Source of the DNA: Raillietiella orientalis
Lineage: Eukaryota
Reading direction: 5' to 3'
Assembly: GCA_036172245.1 (NCBI GenBank)
Contig: JAYWIR010000006.1
Span: forward strand, 4,898,001-4,962,000
Length of the DNA: 64,000 nucleotides
Shown: positions 14,020 through 26,999 of the stretch, one piece after another
How the letters are laid out: each line of letters starts with the position of its first letter
Position numbering within the stretch: the stretch's first letter is position 1
Made by a program: the position numbers and the translations under genes
The notes under the pieces: model-generated
The model's database searches: none
Seen by the model: the letters and a program-made list of their open reading frames with translations, nothing else
What the model was told of the DNA's origin: nothing

Positions 14020-14700
14020 CCCTACTCCTTTGCAAAGTGAAAATTGATATGTAAATTCTCCAATAAGTCGATAATCAATTTTTGCAAAACAGTAACTTCT
14101 TGTACGGTTGTTCCCGGAATTCGTTTCATTCGCAAACTCGATCTGGGAGAAGCACAGAAAATCACATCGTAAAAAAAATAGTTAGCAGATCGTTGTAAAA
14201 AGGTTGAGAGAGCTTCCAGAAGTTTACGATACAATGGTTTGGAAAAGTTCGGGAATATAGTTTCATTACGAAACAGCTGGATCGAATGCGATGTACTTCA
14301 CTTCGCATGATCTGCAGATATTCCAGATTTTCCAGATAATCCACATGGTTTTGCCGATGGCAAAGCACAGAGGATTCCAGCAGACCTCCAGTCATGACTT
14401 CATTCGAAACATGCGATCTTAAGAAAAACCTACCTTGTTATTTTTCATTCTGTGTTGCCGACAACGATACATTTATTGAGATTTTCGATTAGCATTTTGT
14501 ATGAATTCGCAGTTTCCACGGAAGCAGAAGTTTTGACGCACCAAGAACTCCCAACAAGAACTTTGCATAGGAAGGTATAGGAAGGAAGCTGGAAATCTGA
14601 GGAAGCAAACAAAATGAAGTGGCAAAAGATGGGAAAGTCGCATTAGGTTTTCATTGCCTTGAAATAACGTTAACAGGGCGCTATCTCTCAATTTTGCAAA
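14020..14700 (-). mobile_element. RTE-like LINE remnant in AK9 intron
   Basis: MRDSALLTLFQGN (MRDxxIVTLYKxKG) and VLQKLIID..NF (LQxLxDxF). Confidence 0.45.
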
Positions 14701-16933
14701 TGTGAAAACTTGGAAACGCTGAAATGGTTTGAAACATCAGAGAAAGCATTCAGTAAGCGCAATTTTTTTAAGGATGCACACCCGCGTCCATGCACGTGAT
14801 GATCTATCCAAATAGTCTAATGGGATATGAATCAAAATTGGTTCCTAAATTCTGATCTAACTGATGTATTTCTAATGGCGTGAAGCATCTGAGAAATATA
14901 CCCCTATCAAACAACCCTGCTCGTGAACGTAATTTTAATTCAGCATTCTTTTTCACCTTCTTTTCATCAGATTACCAGATAATCTCTTCCAATGACAGGA
15001 ATTTTTCATAATTACACCTCAATTTTTCGGTAACTTTCGCCAAAATTCTCATGTCTTTGTGACTTGCTTTCTTTCTTCCTTCCTTTTTTTCTTTTTCCCC
15101 CCTCATAATTTCGTTCCTCCTTCTGTTTCATAAATTTAATTGCAAACATTTTCATAAGCATGCAACTGGAGGAGACTTTTCGTTATGAGAGATCTATACA
15201 AATACGAAGAGCACTTTAGAGTAAAACCAACGCGTTTCGCAGCGCATCACTTGTAGATTTTTCTGTAGAGCAGCAGCAGTGGGGGGGTTTGCTTTTCCAC
15301 AGATATCTCATCCTCGTTTATTTGTTCCTCCTTCGTATGCATGAAAGACAATAAGCCGACGGGAAAAAAAAGAGAAAACACAAATTATTACATGTGTTCT
15401 GAAATTCCGTTGACAAGTTTTTTCACCCTAAATAAATTCCGTTGACAAGTTTTTTCCTAAAAATAGTGCCATCTCTTTTTTCTCTTTCTCTTTACAGAAG
15501 GATACAAAAATGCTCAATTGCTTGATTTGACGCAAACAAGTTATAAAAATGACCATCGTTTACTGCGTGCAAAGGACTGACGATTTACCTGTTTAAAAAA
15601 AAAAAGATGGCGCAGCTTTAATTTTTCGTGCTCTTTTGTCATTCTTTTGATGTCCCTTCATTTTGTTTGAGCACACTTTGACAGTTTATGGATTTACAAA
15701 CCTAAGCTTCTTGAGTAGTACTTTGAGTAACACATCTATTATTTGAACTGGAGAGTTTGAAATAGAGGATTGGGAATCGTTACACTTTCTATGAGGAAGA
15801 GGCATCAATCCGGACAGCAGCAACAACGTCAGGATCCTGGTGGCACTTGGGCTTCGCCATTGTCCACCTAATCGTTTCGTGATCTTGGACGCGTTGGCTT
15901 CACTGTCTTTAAACCTTGTCTGCTTTGCAGTATGACAAAAATGAAAGAAACTTTACAAGAAATCCTTCTTTCAAAGTCTTTAACTTGTTACATTTTTTTT
16001 TTTTTAGCAAAATTACTCTGCATATATTTTAAATTTGCTGCGAGTTTTCTCCTTTTCCATTGCGAGCTGTTCTCTCAGCTCCTGGCAAAACGTTCGAAAA
16101 AGTGACTCTGGTACAGTTTGTTCCCTTTTTTTTTCTTTTATGATATATATCCATTTTTTTTTCACTTGACCTTCCGACCGATTGCATCTTTTCTTCACGT
16201 TCTATACATTGCATACAAATCTTTTGCATGGGAAATTTATCATCAGAATGTTATTGACTTTGGAATAAATTCTTGAAAGTTTTCTTTCTATTCATTTTGG
16301 TATTGTGAAATAAGAATCAGCCTAAATGTTCATAGCAGGGCAGAGGAAACGATGGATCAACTTTTTGATTTTACATGTGCAATCGACGCCTGCATTGGAA
16401 ACCAATCCGGAAAAAAAAAGAAAAAAAAAAAAAAAGGAATTCACTTGAACAGCCAGCCAACGATGACATGGAGATGACACTCGAAAGGAGCTTGGGATCT
16501 TAAGAGCTGAAACTCCGTTCATCTAAGGGGACGATCGATAGATATTGAGAATTTTGGAGTCTGCGAATGCCATTAGAAAGGTGGGAAAGTTCGGAGTTTC
16601 CGTTGATAATCGAGTCGACATTCTCTAACTGATCAGTTTTTCGAATAAAATCGAAATAAATAAAGGAGAAAGCAAAGCGAATAACAGGGAACCGTGAAGC
16701 TACAAAACTTCCGTAAAGTGAGGAGTCCCTACATAAATGACGTAGAAAAACTATGTGACATGAGAACGAGTTTTCCAAAATGTTCGAAAGAATATCTGAT
16801 CAGACAGATGTAGCAGTATGTAATGAGTAACAAATTTATGTCAAAACAGGAAAATAATAACTTGGTAAATGAAATTGTGAGATGAAGAGACAGAAAAAAT
16901 GCTTGTTACTGCCCCATATTTTGGAAATAAGAA

Positions 16934-16981
16934 ATATATATATATATATATATATATATGGATATATATATATATATATAT
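16934..16981. repeat. (TA)n microsatellite, interrupted by GG
   Basis: Read directly from the sequence. Confidence 0.97.
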
Positions 16982-17216
16982 GTGGATTCAAAAAAGTATC
17001 TGATTCAATTCAAATCAATGAATGCAATTTTGAAGCTGAGCCTTTATGAAACAGTGCTCATAAATTGCATAATATGAGGATTTACTTCTTTTTCGGCATT
17101 ATGGAACAGACAGTGAAAGATGATGCACCAGCAGATGATTGCTTTCCAAGTATCAAGATGTAACTTGTCCTCCGACAAATAAAGTCTTGGAATGCAAATC
17201 AGGGAAATGAGAGGAT

Positions 17217-17262
<46 letters not shown>

Positions 17263-17399
17263 GCATGATCGTGCAATGATTTTCACATAGGATGGAAGAA
17301 TCAGCTTTAGTTTATCTTCAAAACTCGAAGATGTTTTCTCCTGGGTGAGACTGTGCGTGCCGTAGTTGAATGCTCATGTAAGATTTATCATTGCACCTC

Positions 17400-18200
17400 A
17401 AAAGAAGAAAGCTCCTTTGGAAAAGAGATTTCCGGTAAGCTCTTCTTAATATGCAGATAATCAATTCTGTGAACTCTTTGCTGCATTTTTATAATATTTC
17501 GAGTTTTTGGTGTTCCATTCGTCACGGTCACCTCGGCCGTGCTCAAAGAATTTTCGTGCTTGGTCCAGAAGCTGAGATGTTTGGCATACGGAGGTGGGAA
17601 AACGTTAGAAACCAACATTTTTTTCTGTTTCGAAGAATTTCTTTGCTTTTTCCATCCCTGCTAAAAACACTCTTGCTCGTAGTCTTTCTGATGCGGGAAG
17701 TGCACTGAAATTGTAAATTCGTTTCTTTCTGTTTGGAAGATCGCATCTTTGCATCTTCGCACGCTGCTCGCGAAAACCACACATTTCCTTGATTTGCTCT
17801 TCATTGCTCCAAATAAGTTAAACGGAAACTCTTATTCTCCTTCAGGATGACCAGTGTTAGAGTAGCCTTTAACGAGCCTTGATCGGGTTGTACGGAAGTA
17901 TTTTCCCTATAAATTACGAAACTGAGTGCTGGTGCTCTGTTTGGAAGACGCTTGGGTCTTTAGCAGATTCACAGTGGATAGAACCCGCCTGAAGAAAGTT
18001 AGTGTTTCCCAAAATTGTCGACTGCAAGGAACGGCGAAAAACTCAAAAGAAATCCGAGGAACCACTGATGTCAAGGGGTCCTTTTTCTCGTTCAAAAAGC
18101 ACAGACATTGTATTTACAATCATCTGCTCTATGCAGGAACCTGTACGCTAAGGAACACGGTGGACATTCGGAAGCTGAGTAAAAATTTGTATGGCGAAAA
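17400..18200. mobile_element. Two opposed RTE-like remnants
   Basis: Plus strand HLLYAGTCTL (LLYxxETWT); minus strand VFPPPYAKHLSFW region. Confidence 0.3.
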
Positions 18201-18725
18201 GGCAACGAAATGGAAGGAGGGGGGGGGGGGTTAGAGAGAAAAAAAGGTGATGAAATCTTTACAAAGCTATTGCAAACGCCACTCTTGAGCATTTCGATCC
18301 TGTGATTCCTTCAAGAGGGGTCCAGGGTATGCTAATGCCACACTTGAGCAAGATTTTTTGCATTTCATCTGCAATTTGCTACATTTTCTGATAAAGTCCC
18401 TTTATTTTGCTTAGATAAAAAGATGTCCACAGTGTTCCCTGTCGCTTAAACTCTTTTTAGTTGTGATCAGACGTTGATTCACAAGATGTATTTCGTAATG
18501 AATGCAGGCTGACCATCTTAGAGGGTCTGGCATTTTTTTTCTTAATGGCTTACTCCGATTAGGGTAATGAATAACCCCATTTTATGCACAAACTTAAAGG
18601 CTACATATACACGACATTGCAAAAAAATCTTTACTTTAAGAAACAGTATCACTACAAAAGCCAGAAATGTTTCAGAATACTCAGTTTAAAACAGTTTAGA
18701 AAAAAAAATAACTCATGAGTCTTAC

Positions 18726-18879
18726 GACTTATATAAACGCAATGCCATTCCTGAGCCATTTTCATCGCTACTGTGGTTTTCCCCGATTTAGGCTTTCCGA
18801 TTACAACGAAGCATGTTGGTTTTGATTTCAGAAATCGGGAACAACATTCATTTTCGGAATAGGGGTCCCTCAAAACCAT
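18726..18879 (-). CDS. AK9: Adenylate kinase 9-like, first coding exon (P-loop)
   Basis: MVLRDPYSENECCSRFLKSKPTCFVVIGKPKSGKTTVAMKMAQEWHCVYIS resembles the AK9 N-terminus as recalled (FLLSKPVCFVVFGKPGVGKTT...WKC). Donor GTAAG at 18725 (phase 1). Upstream polypyrimidine+AG acceptor at 18889-18888 implies a further 5' exon. Confidence 0.88.
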
Positions 18880-19245
18880 GCTTTCCTCTTAAAAAAAAAA
18901 AAAGAAAAAAATCATTGAATCCAAATTTCACAGTGGACGATCAATGGCATGGACGGACTCCTCAGTTTATGCAATTTACACCTAGGTCGAAGAAAGAGGG
19001 TTATCGAAAAATGTATTCAATCGACATTCACCGACTTGTTTTCCCCCAAGCGAAAAATTTCGTGATTTTTCCAACTGCTCGCATCCGCCAAGTGGTCTTA
19101 TTACTGATCTGACCAGACTGCAAGAGGAATCACACGGGAAGCTGGAAACTGTAGCACTCGATCACATTCATCTCGCGGTTCGCAAACTCTGCACGGAAAC
19201 GGAAGCTTTCAGCGCTTCCAGCAAGGCTAGGCTCATTCCGGTGCG

Positions 19246-19270
19246 GTTCCCAATGGAAACCATTGTTTAC
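19246..19270 (-). promoter_or_regulatory. Putative RFX X-box plus forkhead (FOXJ1-type) site upstream of the AK9-like gene
   Basis: GTTCCCAATGGAAAC (19246-19260, X-box-like imperfect palindrome) 3 nt from TGTTTAC (19264-19270), about 370 bp upstream of the ATG. Confidence 0.45.
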
Positions 19271-19855
19271 GTTTCGCCCACTGCTGATGCTCCGCGGCGG
19301 ACATTTTGGTTTCGACTTTGTCGCCCTCTTCCTCCCAACGTCTTCTCCCCTCCCAGCCGTGGAGTTGGATCGCAACGGGCTTTTTCCCAGGATCATTACT
19401 GTTACGATTAATGACTTCTTACTTATTGATAAATGTCTTGCGGCTATCTCGTTCCATTCAGAGAAGGAACGGGTCTTGATAAAAAAAAGTGTTCGTTGCA
19501 AATCACCCTTTAGGCGATATCCTTAAGTCTTTCTAGAAGTCGTCTTGTCGTTTTCTTAAAGAGTTTTAGTTTCCCCGGTCCCTTCTTTTTTTTTTTTTCC
19601 TTCCTAGAGACTTTTTCAATCTGCCAAGCGCGTTTGTAGCTTCCAAAATGCATGCGTTTCCGTGTTCTTAATTTCAAGAAACCTTTCCGATAGCGCACGT
19701 AATAACATTCCCTGGGCAACGACGAGAATCTTCGCTTCAGGAAGAGGGAGGGGGGGGGGACATCAGAAAGAAGAAAACGGAAGAAAGAGATGGCCATCCT
19801 TGGATTCTGCAAATTCACGGGGATCCATCAGCCTACTTGCTGTGTCAGTGGAGCT

Positions 19856-22800
19856 TCAGAAGGTTCCGAACGCACAAAGAATGCCGAATAGAAAGTTGAT
19901 GCAATCCATATCAGTAAATACTCCATCACCCTGGTTTATTGCGATTCCTCCCACAGATTCATGGTGCTCGTGGTAGAGGAAGGACGCAGGACATTTCCAG
20001 GCTGACAGAGTTTGCCCCGTGATTTTCGCGTGTTGGCCGGTGGTGACGACAGGAGAAGTGCACAGAGTTGGTCCTCTTCCGGATGCGAACGACGATGGCA
20101 CGAATGTGGCGAACCAAGTAGCACGGCTCCAAGCCATTTTGGGGTCATTTCCTCTCCCCTTTCGGTACGGTTGCTGGTCACGAGGAACTGTAAAGACACA
20201 GGGGAAAATGGAAGAAGAAGAAAAACGCAATACTTGAAACATGAGATTGTGATTGCCTAGCTCATGAAACTTCTTCTCCAGACGTATCAAACATATTACA
20301 GTTTGCATTGTGATAAATGACTGATGCTGATATTCTTTATGAAAAATGATTGAAATTATTCTTTCAAAACTTATTTGTGCTTCGAGAGAAGAAAAAAACT
20401 TGCTATTCTTTGCTACTTTGGCGACAAATTTTCAAATTCACGTTCAGGGCCCTCACTTGCGGAGTGTACTGCCAGTTTGTTAAAGTGTTTACCTGTGAAA
20501 GGGATTTTTTTTTTTTTTATTTCCAGGAAAAAGAAAAAAAATGTTCATGTAGTGTTGTTGTTGTTTATGAAGCCGGATATCTTCACAGAGGAGAGCAAGT
20601 GCAAATTCACTTTGCATTTCAGAATTCTTCTGCAGTATTTTCTCGTTTAGAGGCATAACTTTTTCTCCTCTGTTTAAAGTTTTGGCGTTTCTGATGCCGA
20701 TAGGGGTTCGATCATAGATCTCCCCAAGCATCAAAAATTACTGAATACCAAATTGCTAAATTTGCTACTTTTTTGTCCTTACTTTTAATTCCTGTTTATG
20801 GCTTCTCCTTAGTATGAGAAACTTTTCATCGTATGAGCTTCCACTGATGACTTCTACTTAATGAATTAAAAAAAAAAGTCCTCCTTTTTTTTCCTCGTGT
20901 TTACTTTTGCGGAACGTTTCTCGCGAAACTTATCTAATTGCTTTCGGGAAAAGAATTAGAGATTGCTCCATGGCATAGAATGGAACTTCTGCGAATGAAA
21001 AGAAATGGAACCAATGCACGAGGTTCGAGCCATCGTGTGCATTCTCTTCTCTCTTGGATACGAAATTCGCAAAGAGCATTCTGTATGTATCCATTCTCAC
21101 GTACCATTATATACATGCGATGCAAGCCAATTAAGAATTCTGTATGGGATTTCCTTTGAAAAACCTTTGATGTGCAGAGTCTCCGAGTCTACGTTCGTTT
21201 GCTGTCCTACAGACCCTGTCCCATGGATAAGAAGCGTTGGTACACCACTAGGTGGTACGTTTTACTGCCCCGTGCTTCTGGTGCTGTAAAAATCGTTTTC
21301 CGGAAACAGACAATCCTGTTCTCATGCAGTAATTATATTTTATTGTGTTGAACACGTTTAGGGTAGTACCTCTGAAGGATCTTAAGCTCTCCACGGAGGT
21401 ATGCGCCGTGGATTCTTAAGAATCTTTTAGTAGTGCTCTGAAAACGAAATGGTAGAATAATTTATTTCTTGTTAGGATGAATTTTTCATTCTTAGGAAGA
21501 CATTAGCATACAGCTTGTGATTCCACTGTGACACAGATTCGTAATTCAAGCAAGAAATTCACAAGCTGTAAACGATATGAAGTATCTTCTACTTTCAGAA
21601 AACGCCTTTTTTTTTGGATCATAAATAACTAAGCTTTTGTAAATCAAGAAGGTATTTATGTTGACATCTTACTTAGCAAGGGATTTCCTGCATTTTTCAT
21701 CTATTGCTTGTGCTTGCCTGAATTCTCGAGTCAATCTAGTTGCAGTTTAATAAAAAGTTTTTCTGGTTAAAACTGCAACTGGATTGACTCGAGATAGAAA
21801 ATAAGAAATCCTGATATCAGAAAATAAGTAGATCCTATCTTTGCGATACCGTGGGCTACTTAATACTTACTTACTCAATCGTGGATTTTCTTTGTAGTAC
21901 AGAAGCTTGTGTGTGTTTTTTTTTTTTTTTCAAGATGGCAACTAAATGAGGTCAGACATACTGATCAGAAAAATCCGTTCTCTTACGACTATATGTAATA
22001 GCATTTTATAAAAGAGTGTTGTTCACTGAGTTAGACAACTACCAAGTGCACTTACGACACTGTAAGAGACTTTGAAGTCATTTATCAAGGAGCATTGCCT
22101 CTCCATCCATCATGCAGGGCTTTAACATTCTTGGTGCAATGGACGTGACGATCTGTCAATTGAGACCATTCTCAGTCGCCATTTCAGTCACACTAGGTGC
22201 ACCTAATTAAAAGACTTGTTGTAATTTTTATGCTCCATTTTCACTCTGTCCCTGTGCCCCTGTCTTTATGCTTTGTTTTGTATCCGTAAATCTTAAGTGC
22301 ATTGTATCCATGAATGCTATGCCAAGTCCCAAATACACCAGAAACCATTTATAAACTAGAATCACTTTTTCTTTTTCTTTTTTTTTAAAAAAAAAACATG
22401 TACAAGTTTGGTTGTATAAATCATTTGATTTTCACCGAGAACGAATATCAGCAATGAACTTTTTTTCCTTTCTAGTGAAAATGAGAGATCTTCTTCACCG
22501 GAAGAAACTTGACACTTCCCGTAGAGACATTTTCCCTCAAAGCGTCTATGATAACAGTTTCTGCAAATTCTTTGATTTACTCTTGTTTACTCTTTCTCTC
22601 CATACGAGCCGCTGCCCATATGATTTTTCTTTGAGACCATCAACGAAGAAATAACAGGAAAAGAAATTGGTTGACAGGAGTCTCTCTGAAAGAAAGTGTG
22701 CCATGAAGCCAAGGCTTCGTTTTTGTTCGATTCCACTCTTGTTTAGCACAAAAAGCCCTTTACGAATAGTGCTGTTCGAACAAATATTTTATTTTATTTG

Positions 22801-24756
22801 GGGAATGTAAGGAAAAAATCAAGATCATCGATGTCATTCAAGAAGTGCCATCGTCATGGCAAGCGGCGGTAACACAAATCGTGGAATTCGATTCTAGAGA
22901 TAACATTGAAATATGTGTCAAAATATTTATTTTAACGATTCCTTCACCCCCAAGACATATTCTAGCTGTGCATGCACTTTCACTGTTTCCTCAGTCCAGT
23001 GGAAAGGTGGAATGAGGTCTATCCTTCAAATTCTACAGCTTTTCTAGAATTTTTTTCGTATGAGATGTTTTTTCTGGCCAAAAAACTTTTAAGCCAGTAC
23101 AGATGAACCCTTCCATAGAAGGCTCCGAAATGTATTTGTGTGTGTGTTTCTGGTTTCTAGGAGACTTCCTGAAATTTTATTGTGTATCACTAAATAATTC
23201 ACCAATACGGTTATGAGAAAGCATGCTTCTTTAAACAGCTTTATGGTAGCGAAATGAAAATTATAAATTCTATTTTGCATGTAAACATCTCTCGTCGATG
23301 CGTGCTATTTCCATCAACTTCCCTGTGATGCTGGAAAGTGGTTCCACAAAGGGGCCTTGCTTTCTAGATCCCCAGAATTTTGATCAATTGTGTACGATCT
23401 TCAGTCGAAACAAGTGATAACAGTTCTTCTTAAGAAAAGTTAGTTAAAAAAAAGCCATCATCTTTCTCTTTTTAGAGCATTTAGCAGCATATCGAACGTT
23501 ATTAAATCTAGCATTGCAAACAAAGTCTAAATCAAGGTATTTGCTTCGTTTCAATCAAAATGAAGCATGCATTTATATGAGGGAGCCTTTTTAAAGTTAT
23601 GAGCGTCGTGAGCTCAGTGTGAGCTGGATCTTAATGTGGAAACGAATGGATTATGAAAGTTTTCTGAACATATTAGAATAAATCATGGTCCCATTCTAGA
23701 GCAGAGTTGCTGATCTCAAAAGATTTCATGTAGCTTCTACCTTTAGTATCGCTTTCTACTGAGCTGAACTTCCAAAACTTGCCCAAGAAGATAGGAGAAT
23801 CATTAGGAACAGCGCAGTCACAGGTCGCACAGCTTATTCATTTACATAGTGGTATTGCTCTGAAATTATGAAAAAAGTTGCATCACGTGAAAGCGCACAA
23901 TCCCAGACAGGCATACGCTTTTAAGTGGTGGTTTTATCTGCGGGTAAACCGTGTTCGAGGAACATTGTACCGATCAGTCTGAATTTCATTGAGACGAAAT
24001 ATATAGCCCGTGTCGGCGGGTATTTAATCTGGACGGCTGTGATCATGGACCTAGTTATTTAAAAATAGCAAACGATCTTCAATGCCAAGCATCTCACTAA
24101 TTTTAATAAATGACTGACTGTATCTCTCGTTTTATTACTTCTTTTATCTTTAAGCAGAATCTCAACAGTGAAAGTTACCTGCGCGGAAGTGAAAATTCAT
24201 CTGATGCTGCGGAACGCATCAGGACCCCGTACCCTGTTCCCGAACAAAGGAAGCAGAAAATGATTGTTTGAAATTGAGTTTTGAAAAAAAAAAAAAAGCA
24301 GAAAACGAAACGAAAACCTTGAATATCTTTTGCATATTTTTTTGGTTGATAACTGAACAAAGCATAATAAAAATGGGAACCCTGGGGCTCCAGAAAGGAA
24401 AACACGAAAAGATGGGGTGGGTTGCAGGTGTTCAAACGTATCGGTTTGTTCTTGTTCTGGGAAGTAACGATGAATTGCATCCAGGTTTTCCAGATGTGGA
24501 AATCGATAGGGAAGTTGTCCGTGATGAACACATCGGCAGAGTGTTTCTGTGTAATTAAAACTATTCACCCACCGGCAAAACACTGGCAATGTGTTACCAT
24601 CGTCATTTGTAACTTTTTCAAACATGCCTTCGGATCGGTCGCTCCAAGGTTCCCGCATCCTGTGTTTCCTATTTCTGGAAGTAGCGTTTGGTGGTGCCAT
24701 GTTTTTAGCTGATGGTCATGGAATGCTAATGGGAAACGTAGCAGAAAGCCTGGAAC
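19856..24756 (-). CDS. Candidate spliced gene of unknown product (exons 24756-24598, 24546-24438, 24233-24179, 24050-23971, 20187-19856; 5' end not found)
   Basis: Five AG/GT-bounded segments chain with consistent phases (0,1,2,1) into one stop-free reading ending ...DCINFLFGILCAFGTF*; hydrophobic C-terminus; no family recognised. Confidence 0.42.
21724..21794. repeat. 25-bp inverted repeat with 21-nt loop
   Basis: TCTCGAGTCAATCTAGTTGCAGTTT / AAACTGCAACTGGATTGACTCGAGA, one T:G mismatch. Confidence 0.92.
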
Positions 24757-26999
24757 CTGTGTCACCAAAAGGATAACGCTTTTATTTCAGTTACTGCTCG
24801 GCAGTCAATTTATTTAAATGTATACAGGCCAACAGGTATTTACTTTTGCAATATTAGGAGATTCTCTTTACCGTAGTACAATGAACACCATCCACATTTC
24901 GAGATCAGAGCCGTTATACTTTCTGTGGCCATGAAATGTTTGCATTGCACAGGCATATACAATTATCAGTCGTATTGTAATGTACAGCGTAAAATGCGCC
25001 TCGTGGCCATAAGCATGTATACTCCTAGTTTTTTTGACGTTGAGAATAAAAGGACAAAAGGTTTGATACAATTACTTGGAAGGAGAAATGCATGAAATTT
25101 AATTCCATAATTCCCATTTAGGACTGCAGTGAGGTTTGTAAATCATGTTGCAAGTATTAAATTCGTCTGTGCCGGATTAATTTATTTTTTCACAGGTTGC
25201 TCTCCTTTTAAAATGTTCCATGATTTCCAAACATATATACTTATTCCCATTCTTCATCATGCTCACCCCAAGTTCTTCATCATGATCACCCCATCATCAT
25301 CACCCCAAGTTGTACTCTTACATATCTGTTAAACATACTTGCAATGAAAGCATAATTATTCTGTTTTGAAGATTCTCATACGGTGATCTCAAGTTTGAGA
25401 TTTAGATGTGTTCTCATCCAGTAACCCTACTTTTCAAAGAATGATAGAAGAAGCAGTTCACAGTAATGCTTAAAATTTTCCAAATCAACACTTCTTCGTG
25501 TTTTTTGTTTTTTTTTTTTCCACCAAATTCTGCATGTTTATCAGTATTTGGTGATAGCACATTTCATGTTGGCCCTCTGTAAACATACAAAGAGATGTTT
25601 CTAACTGCCTATTAAGATTGTGTGGCAGATTGAATAGTATTCTTCCGAAAAACTTATAAAGATTCATGAATTTATAAACTTCTTTGCTTACTTTCTGCCT
25701 GTCAGTAATGGCCAGTGGCACATCTTGATGTGTTGTATTTCAACCAAATTAGCCAGGGAGCCCACCCACACCAAGCAAGCATGCATCCTATGTGATGCTA
25801 GAAGTGGGGGCTGCAAAATGGCATCGTTTATGTGAGAGGAACATGAATAAAAAAAAAAACATTTCCGTTTTGAATGTCTAATTTTGTCAAACTTATTAAA
25901 TATTTTTATTGTACCTGGTTTTAGTTTAGTTTTTTTTTTGTCTGTGTGTGTGTTTCCAAATGTTAGCATTTTCTTTCCCCAACTAATAAGAGGGGTACTA
26001 CTGGTCATTGAAGAGCAGGAACAATTTTGCATGGGGGCGTTTCTGGGCATCCAAACCCAGTCGGGATATCCTGGTGGGAAGATGCAGTTTTTTGCAGCAT
26101 AAGCAGTTTTCAGCTAATGGGAGCTTCAGTGGAACTTGATGCCCAGGATGACTTGTAAAGCCCTGGTTTTCCAGCAGCATTTGCGATCAAAAAAAAAAAA
26201 CAAAAACCGTGGATATTCCTCGGCTCTCAAGAGGCCGGGGCGCGTCTGCATTGAAGTTTTGTCATTTCTAGGATGGCGTAATTGAGAGTAGGGTGGTTAT
26301 CATATAGTTTCACTCATCGCATATAAAACACGAGCTCGCCTTAAATCTCTAAGGAGAAAATCGGTTCCCTTGAATTGCTTTCTTCAAGCTTTCTAAAAGA
26401 AAAATTCCTGCTTTTGGAGAAAGTTTTGTCTCAAATATCTCCGTCTCAATTTCACTTCACTTATCGCCGTGATTTTCCACTGCAGCAGCATTTGGTTTAT
26501 TGAACCACGATGGCCCAACTTTTGCTGCCATGGCTTCTGACACTCATCCCAAGACAGGGAGCATGGATCCAGCAGTGGATGGGTTCGGATTGGTGTGCAT
26601 CCGACGACGACCCCGGGCTCCCCCCCCCCTTCCTGCAGGGCACTTCTGCGTCTGGCCCACCGAGGGCATAGGAGAATGCTACCGCGTTTTGTATACATCG
26701 AATTTAGTGGACGAAACGGAAACCATTCTTTGCGTTGCATGGGATCGTGCCGAACCGGGCACCAGTTCTGGGGAGGTTAGATGTGCTTTCCGATGCTGGA
26801 TGAATAATTTCTCCGTCTATTTGCTTCATTTCGACACTTGTGTTCCATTTGCGTCTAATGCAGGCATCTCATTGGCCGAAACTTCCTTTTTAGTTTTCAA
26901 GTGTTTCTTCTGGGAGAGATCAAAGATTCCCATTTTCATTCCAGCTTAAGCATTACGGTAATCATAAGACTGGAAAGCACTTTCGTTTTCATCTGATAT

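Noticed and set aside
17218..17256. Poly-Lys ORF / poly(T) run
   Set aside because: Simple homopolymer with no coding evidence.
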